A stretch of 64,000 nt of DNA, taken from an uncultured archaeon. GTDB taxonomy: Archaea; Asgardarchaeota; Thorarchaeia; Thorarchaeales; Thorarchaeaceae. The notes below the pieces were generated by a model that was given only the letters and a program-made list of their open reading frames with translations, did no database searches and had not been told where the DNA came from. Below are positions 58,038 to 64,000 of the stretch, piece after piece; the stretch's first letter is position 1; each line of letters begins with the position of its first letter. The stretch is from positions 68,638 to 132,637 of the forward strand of contig CAZVZC010000001.1 of NCBI GenBank assembly GCA_964631415.1, read 5' to 3'. A program made the position numbers and the translations under genes.

Positions 58038-60359
58038 CTAATCGGTCGTCTTCTCTTCTCGGTATGCTGGATACTCTAGCTCCAGCAGATGCCTTATTCT
58101 GCCGGCCGTCTTTGGTCCCACTCCCTTGACTCTCATCAGCTCGGTTTCATCTGCTGAGAACACCCTCTCCAAGGTGCCGAATTCTGCCAGAATTGCCCTT
58201 GATATCACAGTGTCAATGCCTGGAAACCCCGAGAGAATGTACTCAAGGGTTTCAGCATCAGTCCCCTTGGTTTCTGGCGATCGAGTACGCAAAATCCTCT
58301 TGGACTCCACCTGTTCAAGGTATGCAATTCGGTAAAGCAGGTTTGCTGTTTCCTCTGCATTTCTGGTCCAGAGGGTTGGAATCCTAAGCCGTGTCGCTAT
58401 GGATGCAAGAGCACCATATATCGACGCAGGATTCACTGCCCTTAGACCTGTCAGCTGCTCCCCCTCAATAATCAGCACAGGCCTGCGGTAGGTCGAACGC
58501 AACGCACTCAACTGTACGAACAGTCTGCCATCGATTAACGATTGGATGAAGTCGCCAGACTCTTTTCGTTCGATTGCAACCTCCTCAGAGGCAATGTAGT
58601 CGCCGACCTCAAGGCTCTCGCCTGATATCGCGACATCGAGTCTTGCCAGTTCGCGGGCGACGGCAGTGGGGAGTTCCCTTGAGTCAACAATCAGTCGTAT
58701 GCCACCCCTTGGTACAGCGGTTTCTCTTCCTGCATCCCCTGCTGTTTTCAATGTGTGTCCTAGTTCTCCACCGAAGTCCTCTAGGCGCATCTGTTTCTTC
58801 TCTGGCTCCTTTTCTGCTTCTTTGAGGGCTGATGGCATCTTCTTCAATTTGCTGATCACACTCCAATGGTAGTACTCGTCATGTGTGGCTCTGGCCACAA
58901 ATATGACGACGCGGCCAGGTGATCTTCTGCCTGTTCGGCCGCGGCGCTGAATGTATGGGACCACAGATGGAACACAATCGTAGAAAATCACAAGGTTGCA
59001 CTCAGGGATATCAAGCCCTTCTTCCCCGACCTGTGTAGCAACCAGTACGTTGAACTCATTGTTACGGAAACCATCCAAGACTTCGATCTGCTTTTTCTGA
59101 CTGAAACCCCTGTCAGTCCCTTTCGACGCCTGCCCAACAAAGCGACTGACTCTGACGCCATCGAGTTGCTCAAGTACTTCAACGACTTCAGCAGCCGTAT
59201 CGCGAAAACGCGTGAACACCAATACACGCGAGTCGAGGTTCGTCGAAAGCTGTTCGCTTATGATCTCGAGCAATGCGTCAGCCTTTGGATGTCGGTAGCC
59301 CTTCGCAATAAGTGCTTGCAGCAGGTTCTCGAACTGAATGAACTCCGATCTAGAGATCAGGTCCTTGACACCTTTGGAACTCTTCTTGTTACGAGCCTCT
59401 TCGTACATACCTTGAATGTATCTCAGAGTGGGTGCCAGACCCTGTGTACCGACAAACTCAATCAGGTGAACCACTCTTAGGGCCGCTGTCAGATCGCGCA
59501 CCAGCAGGTATAGATGGGGCGGCGGCTTGGTGAACGACCCTATCTCCTTCCTGACCTCACTCTGGACGCGAAGTATCTCCTTCCGGCTCAGTCGTCTACT
59601 ATCTGGCAGAGAGTACCCATAGTTGAGCACACGGGAGGTGTAGTCATTCAATAACGCCTGCAGTATGTCTCTAAGTGCTTGGATTTCTGAAGGCAGACTG
59701 ACATAGCGAATGTCTGTCGATATAGCAACCACGTAGTCACGCACGTCAGGACTGCTCTCAGTCCTTACTTCGACTCGTTTGAGTCTCAGGTTTTCACACA
59801 CTCTTCTAATGTGCTCAGAGTCGTGGCCTGGAGAAGCAGTGAGACCCATAGACAGCTGTCTCAATCCCTGCTTCTCATACAGCTCTGCAACGAAGGTGTA
59901 TGCGTAGTTACCCACGCCACGATGTGCCTCATCATATACCACCAATGAAACATCATTGAGACCATAGCTCCGCTGAACCAAGTCGTTCTGGAGTGCCTGT
60001 GGTGTCATGACGATTACGCGGGCCGCTGACCAGACAAGCCGTCTATGTTCTGGGGGATCGTTACCTGTCAGGCAAATCACCTGACTCTCGTCAATATCGA
60101 GTGCCTGTTTCAGAAAGCGTGCCTGTTGATCTGCAAGAGGACGTGATGGCGCAAGGAAGAGTATCTTCGAGTCGGGGTAATCAACCAACCGTCTGGCGGC
60201 TGTGAGGGCGGCAATCACAGTCTTTCCCAGACCTGTACTCAGCACAATCATAGTGCTCTCTTTGGCAGCGGCCTCTGAGAGATTCGCCTGATATTGCCTG
60301 TATTCTATTGTGTCCTTCCTGATAAGCGGCATCTCAACGAAGGAAGGTGCTGCTGCCAT
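58038..60359 (-). CDS. hef: Hef helicase/nuclease (FANCM-like SF2 helicase, ERCC4 nuclease, HhH)
   Basis: LSTGLGKT, DEAH, TASPG, EEGLDI, QRRGRTGR, GDY..ERK..D; start at ATG 60359. Confidence 0.93.
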   Translation of the reverse strand: MAAAPSFVEMPLIRKDTIEYRQYQANLSEAAAKESTMIVLSTGLGKTVIAALTAARRLVDYPDSKILFLAPSRPLADQQARFLKQALDIDESQVICLTGNDPPEHRRLVWSAARVIVMTPQALQNDLVQRSYGLNDVSLVVYDEAHRGVGNYAYTFVAELYEKQGLRQLSMGLTASPGHDSEHIRRVCENLRLKRVEVRTESSPDVRDYVVAISTDIRYVSLPSEIQALRDILQALLNDYTSRVLNYGYSLPDSRRLSRKEILRVQSEVRKEIGSFTKPPPHLYLLVRDLTAALRVVHLIEFVGTQGLAPTLRYIQGMYEEARNKKSSKGVKDLISRSEFIQFENLLQALIAKGYRHPKADALLEIISEQLSTNLDSRVLVFTRFRDTAAEVVEVLEQLDGVRVSRFVGQASKGTDRGFSQKKQIEVLDGFRNNEFNVLVATQVGEEGLDIPECNLVIFYDCVPSVVPYIQRRGRTGRRSPGRVVIFVARATHDEYYHWSVISKLKKMPSALKEAEKEPEKKQMRLEDFGGELGHTLKTAGDAGRETAVPRGGIRLIVDSRELPTAVARELARLDVAISGESLEVGDYIASEEVAIERKESGDFIQSLIDGRLFVQLSALRSTYRRPVLIIEGEQLTGLRAVNPASIYGALASIATRLRIPTLWTRNAEETANLLYRIAYLEQVESKRILRTRSPETKGTDAETLEYILSGFPGIDTVISRAILAEFGTLERVFSADETELMRVKGVGPKTAGRIRHLLELEYPAYREEKTTD

Positions 60360-60458
60360 TCCTCTTCTCGTCCGTTTTGACGTCTTGTCAACACACTTTG
60401 ATAATACACACTGTAAAAAGCCTCCTACTTGGAATGAAGCGTAAGGAGTCAGAACCGG

Positions 60459-60794
60459 ATGACTGCGAAAGAGCCGTTGACGAGTGTCGAGGCAGAACTG
60501 TATGAACTCAGCATGCCTGGCCGCCTTCTGGGGAAAGAGGTGCTCGACAACCGAGCGAGGCGAATTGGCATAGTGCGTAGCATAAGAATCGGGCTCAACC
60601 CCACCCGTTCCGAGCTGATAATCAAAGGTGCAGAGGTGGAGTTTCCGGTTGATTTCTCCAAGGTTGAAACTGTTGGCACTGTGGTGCAACTGAACTCCAT
60701 GGTCAAGGATGCCGAAGAGATCGAAGTTCATGATGTGATCAGGCTTCAGAAGGAAGTACTAGACGACATACGCAGTTACTTGGGTGGACACTAG
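60459..60794 (+). CDS. PRC-barrel domain protein
   Basis: LLGKEVLD..ARRIG.V..I, V..VG.VV.L. Confidence 0.7.
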   Translation: MTAKEPLTSVEAELYELSMPGRLLGKEVLDNRARRIGIVRSIRIGLNPTRSELIIKGAEVEFPVDFSKVETVGTVVQLNSMVKDAEEIEVHDVIRLQKEVLDDIRSYLGGH

Positions 60795-60847
60795 ACACTG
60801 TCGATAGGTCCCTTCGAAGACGTTAAGAGCATCAGTCGACGGACCCT

Positions 60848-61687
60848 ATGTCCGGAGCTGTTTTCATGGACCTCACAGTTGAGAAACTGGCCAAGATGAT
60901 TGACCATACAGAGCTCAAGCCGGAGGCGAAACGAGAGAAGATCAAGCAACTCTGTGAGGAGGCGCTTGCTTATCATTTCGCAACAGTATGTATCAATCCA
61001 GTTCACGTTCAGTATGCCGCTGAGCTGCTCAAGGACTCAGATGTGAAAGTATGCTGCGTGATTGGATTTCCGTTCGGTGCCAGCATGTCGACCGTCAAGG
61101 CATTCGAAGCCCGAGAGGTTGTAAAACTGGGAGCTCAGGAGGTGGACATGGTAATGAACATCGGCGCTCTTCGTGACAAGAACAACGATCTTGTAAGGTC
61201 TGATATTGAAACTGTGGTCGGAGCGTCTGGGAGCGCCCACGTCAAGGTCATCTTGGAAACGGGCTTTCTCACTGATGATGAGAAGAAACAGGCCTGTATA
61301 CTCGCCAAGGCGGCGGGAGCTCACTTTGTCAAGACCTCCACAGGTTTCGGCCCTATGGGCGCGACTCCTTATGATGTGAAACTCATGCGTGAAACAGTGG
61401 GATCTTCTATGGGTGTCAAGGCGGCAGGCGGCATCCGAAGCTTCAAGGATGCTCTTCAGATGATTGAGGCCGGAGCTGATCGTCTGGGTTCAAGTTCGGG
61501 TGTTGCATTGATTGAGGACTTGCGATGGGCTCAATACAGTGATGCATGGACGCAGCCTGACAAACCCTGCTGGACCTGTCCCAGCCGGCAGGCCAATCTG
61601 GCGAAGCAGCCAAAGGAAGTATATCTCTACTACAAACAGCGCTGCCTGACATGCCCAGACCGGGACCAGAACATCTTCAATGACTAG
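60848..61687 (+). CDS. deoC: deoxyribose-phosphate aldolase with C-terminal Cys-rich extension
   Basis: IDHT.L, GFPFG, EVDMV, KVILE, FVKTSTGF, KAAGGIR. Confidence 0.95.
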   Translation: MSGAVFMDLTVEKLAKMIDHTELKPEAKREKIKQLCEEALAYHFATVCINPVHVQYAAELLKDSDVKVCCVIGFPFGASMSTVKAFEAREVVKLGAQEVDMVMNIGALRDKNNDLVRSDIETVVGASGSAHVKVILETGFLTDDEKKQACILAKAAGAHFVKTSTGFGPMGATPYDVKLMRETVGSSMGVKAAGGIRSFKDALQMIEAGADRLGSSSGVALIEDLRWAQYSDAWTQPDKPCWTCPSRQANLAKQPKEVYLYYKQRCLTCPDRDQNIFND

Positions 61688-61698
61688 AGGGAAACATC

Positions 61699-63495
61699 TT
61701 GTCGAAGTCATCGTCTGATCAGTACTCTGATGCTGGGATTCTGCATGTATCTCTGAGCGACAGAAGCATCCGGAGAGAACCCTTGCCCCCCAGTCTGTTC
61801 ACTAACTTTCTTGGTGGTCGCGGCCTTGGTGTGAAGCTCCTGTATGACCGTCTTGCAGCTCGTGTCGATCCGCTGTCCCCGGACAACCTCTTGGTCTTCG
61901 CAGTGGGTCCTGTGACTGCAACAGCTGTGCCCACTTCAGGGCGTTTTGCAGTCGTCACAAAGTCACCCCTGACGGGCACCATATTCGATTCTAATGCTGG
62001 AGGCTCGTTTGGGGCACACCTGAGGCGCGCAGGATATGCCGCGATCATGTTTGAGGGTCGCTCAACGTCTCCTGTATATCTCTGGCTCAATAACGATCAT
62101 GCTGAGATACGCGATGCTTCAAATGTGTGGGGAACTGATACCCGCATCGCGACCCGGCAGCTGCTTGAGGAAACTGACTCCCAAGCGCAGGTAGCCTGTA
62201 TTGGTCCTGCGGGAGAAAACCGTGTGAAACTGGCTGCTATCATCACTGATGAACATCGCGCTGCGGGGAGGGGCGGAGTCGGTGCAGTCATGGGATCAAA
62301 GAACCTGAAGGCTGTAGTAGTGCACGGTACGGGCAATGCTGCAGTCAGCAACGAGCAGGCGTTGAACAAAGCAGTTGAACGCGCGCGTCGACTCATAAAG
62401 AAGAATGCAGTCACAGACAAGTCACTCCCTGTCTACGGCACAGCCGTGTTGGTGAGTGTCATCAACGAACACGGAATGCTGCCCACGCACAATTTTCAGG
62501 AGGGCACCTTCAATGATGCTGAAGGTGTGTCAGGAGAGAAACTGCTTGAGCGCCTGTTTGTCCGTCAGTATCATTGTCATGGTTGTCCAATTGGCTGTGG
62601 GCGCATCAGTCGTGTCCATAACGAAGAAGTGGGCGGACCCGAATATGAAACCATATGGGCTCTCGGTCCTCAGTGTGGCATAAACGACTTGGAATGGATT
62701 GCCGCCGCAAATCATCGGTGTAATCTGATGGGTATTGATACCATATCCATGGGGAGCACTATTGGCTGTGCAATGGAGCTGGTCCAGAAAGGTAAACTGA
62801 ATGCGCCATTGAGATTCGGTCGGACCGATGGGATCCTCGAGCTTATAGATGATGTAGCACTGAATAGGGGCTTGGGAGCGGAACTAGGAGAGGGTTCTCG
62901 AGCAACTGCATCGCGTCATGGCGCACCAGAGCTGGCGATGCAGGTCAAGGGTCTTGAGATACCAGCCTATGATCCACGCGGTGTACAGGGCCATGCGCTT
63001 GGGTATGCGACCTCCAACCGTGGCGGCTGCCATTTGAGATCCTATCTCATCGGGCCAGAGATAATGGGTGTCCCCGTCATCGTGGACCGGGATCGGACAG
63101 ATGGTAAGCCCGGTCTAGTGATTCTCTACCAGAACCTGTCGGCCTCGATGGACTCTATGGTTCTTTGCCGATTCACCAATTTCGCTTGGGCAGTGGACGA
63201 CTATGCTGACCTACTAGCTGGTTGTACCGGGCACCAGATTGACGGCCCTGGTCTACTCACACTTGGAGAACGTATCTGGAACTTGGAGCGCTTGTTCAAC
63301 CTGCGTGAAGGCCTGTCATCTCGAGATGACAAGCTCCCACCACGCTTTTCGACACCACTACCTGAGGGCGGCTCACGCAATCGCGTTGTCAATCTCGAAG
63401 AGATGCTTCCGAAGTACTACGCTCTTCGGGGTTGGGACAAAGAAGGTCGACCCACGAAAGAGCGGCTCAAGCGCTTGGGTCTTGCTAAAGTCTAG
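61699..63495 (+). CDS. aor: aldehyde:ferredoxin oxidoreductase (W/Mo-pterin)
   Basis: LGGRGLG, KSPLTG, GRGG.GAVMGSKNLKA, CHGCPIGC, EYET, DTIS, YDPRG. Confidence 0.93.
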   Translation: MSKSSSDQYSDAGILHVSLSDRSIRREPLPPSLFTNFLGGRGLGVKLLYDRLAARVDPLSPDNLLVFAVGPVTATAVPTSGRFAVVTKSPLTGTIFDSNAGGSFGAHLRRAGYAAIMFEGRSTSPVYLWLNNDHAEIRDASNVWGTDTRIATRQLLEETDSQAQVACIGPAGENRVKLAAIITDEHRAAGRGGVGAVMGSKNLKAVVVHGTGNAAVSNEQALNKAVERARRLIKKNAVTDKSLPVYGTAVLVSVINEHGMLPTHNFQEGTFNDAEGVSGEKLLERLFVRQYHCHGCPIGCGRISRVHNEEVGGPEYETIWALGPQCGINDLEWIAAANHRCNLMGIDTISMGSTIGCAMELVQKGKLNAPLRFGRTDGILELIDDVALNRGLGAELGEGSRATASRHGAPELAMQVKGLEIPAYDPRGVQGHALGYATSNRGGCHLRSYLIGPEIMGVPVIVDRDRTDGKPGLVILYQNLSASMDSMVLCRFTNFAWAVDDYADLLAGCTGHQIDGPGLLTLGERIWNLERLFNLREGLSSRDDKLPPRFSTPLPEGGSRNRVVNLEEMLPKYYALRGWDKEGRPTKERLKRLGLAKV

Positions 63496-63549
63496 GCTGG
63501 AAAGGACTGCTCTCGCAAAACGGACAACAATGGAACTTCAGAACGAGGA

Positions 63550-64000
63550 TTGATTCAGCTGACAACAAGACCGGGTCGAGGAAGGAAGTTTCGGAGAGGG
63601 CACGCACCGTTCCTGACGAGAATTAGGTTCTACTGGTGTGACAGGTGCAATGTGCCTCGAATCGCGAACAGCAAGTGTTCGGTATGCACAACCCTGCCAA
63701 GACCCGTTGGGTTGTCTCCTCCTGGCGATCCGTTCCCGGCAATGGACGGCCATCTCGATCAAGCCATAAGGGCTGTCAATCGGCAATTCGGAGAAGGTGT
63801 AGGTCAGGTACTACTACCTCGCAATAAGACGATAGTCATGAACAAGGTATCGTCTCTAGATGCCATGTATGAGGTGGTTGTGGATGGATGTGTGATAGGA
63901 CGACTAAGATTTGACATTCCCAAGCTTGACTACACTTTTGTCCTGTCTCTGGAGGGCGGTAGGAGGATTGCCAGCGTCTGCAAGCAGAAGTGGGTTTCTT
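63550..64000 (+). CDS. N-terminus of a PAPS-reductase-family protein with Zn-ribbon/PUA-associated region; runs off the window
   Basis: My translation from TTG 63550: FYWCDRCNVP..C.VC...SPPGDPFPA...MNKV..LD..YEVVVDG. Confidence 0.75.
   Translation, partial: MIQLTTRPGRGRKFRRGHAPFLTRIRFYWCDRCNVPRIANSKCSVCTTLPRPVGLSPPGDPFPAMDGHLDQAIRAVNRQFGEGVGQVLLPRNKTIVMNKVSSLDAMYEVVVDGCVIGRLRFDIPKLDYTFVLSLEGGRRIASVCKQKWVS

Noticed and set aside
60360-60731. 124-aa N-terminal extension of Hef
   Set aside because: Antisense to the PRC-barrel gene; homology starts near ATG 60359
1-64000. CRISPR arrays, IS elements, integrases next to the tRNAs, inteins, rRNA genes
   Set aside because: None seen by eye: no regularly spaced repeats, transposase or recombinase motifs, or duplicated tRNA 3' ends, and AtpA, Hef and SMC are of normal length

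Overview
Gene-dense archaeal chromosomal segment. The gene content (Sec23/24-like zinc-finger/vWA protein, four roadblock proteins, an MglA-type small GTPase, a RAB5IF/EMC6-like membrane protein, eL33/L35Ae, TfrAB, Hef, A-type ATPase) points by inference to an Asgard archaeon, probably Thorarchaeia. Most of the window is housekeeping: translation and ribosome quality control, SRP54, Smc-ScpAB, pyrimidine/NAD synthesis, fumarate metabolism, ADP-forming acyl-CoA synthetase, hydrogenase maturation, ATP synthase F/A/B, deoC-AOR. I saw no CRISPR array, transposase or integrase. Main points of interest: (1) a compact cluster at 29.5-34.0 kb encoding a Sec23/24-like protein, four roadblock proteins and an MglA-type GTPase, a candidate coat/GTPase switch module; (2) a box C/D guide RNA, absent from the ORF track, just downstream of rpl35ae, whose D guide is complementary to LSU rRNA helix 69 and predicts methylation of the A1913 equivalent, a site methylated in eukaryotes; (3) three clustered tRNA genes with introns at three different positions (37/38, about 22/23, about 59/60); (4) a RAB5IF/OPTI-like membrane protein; (5) an ATP synthase operon interrupted by UDG and a tandem VirB2/CedA1-like membrane protein. 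All assignments come from recognising motifs by eye; no database search was run.
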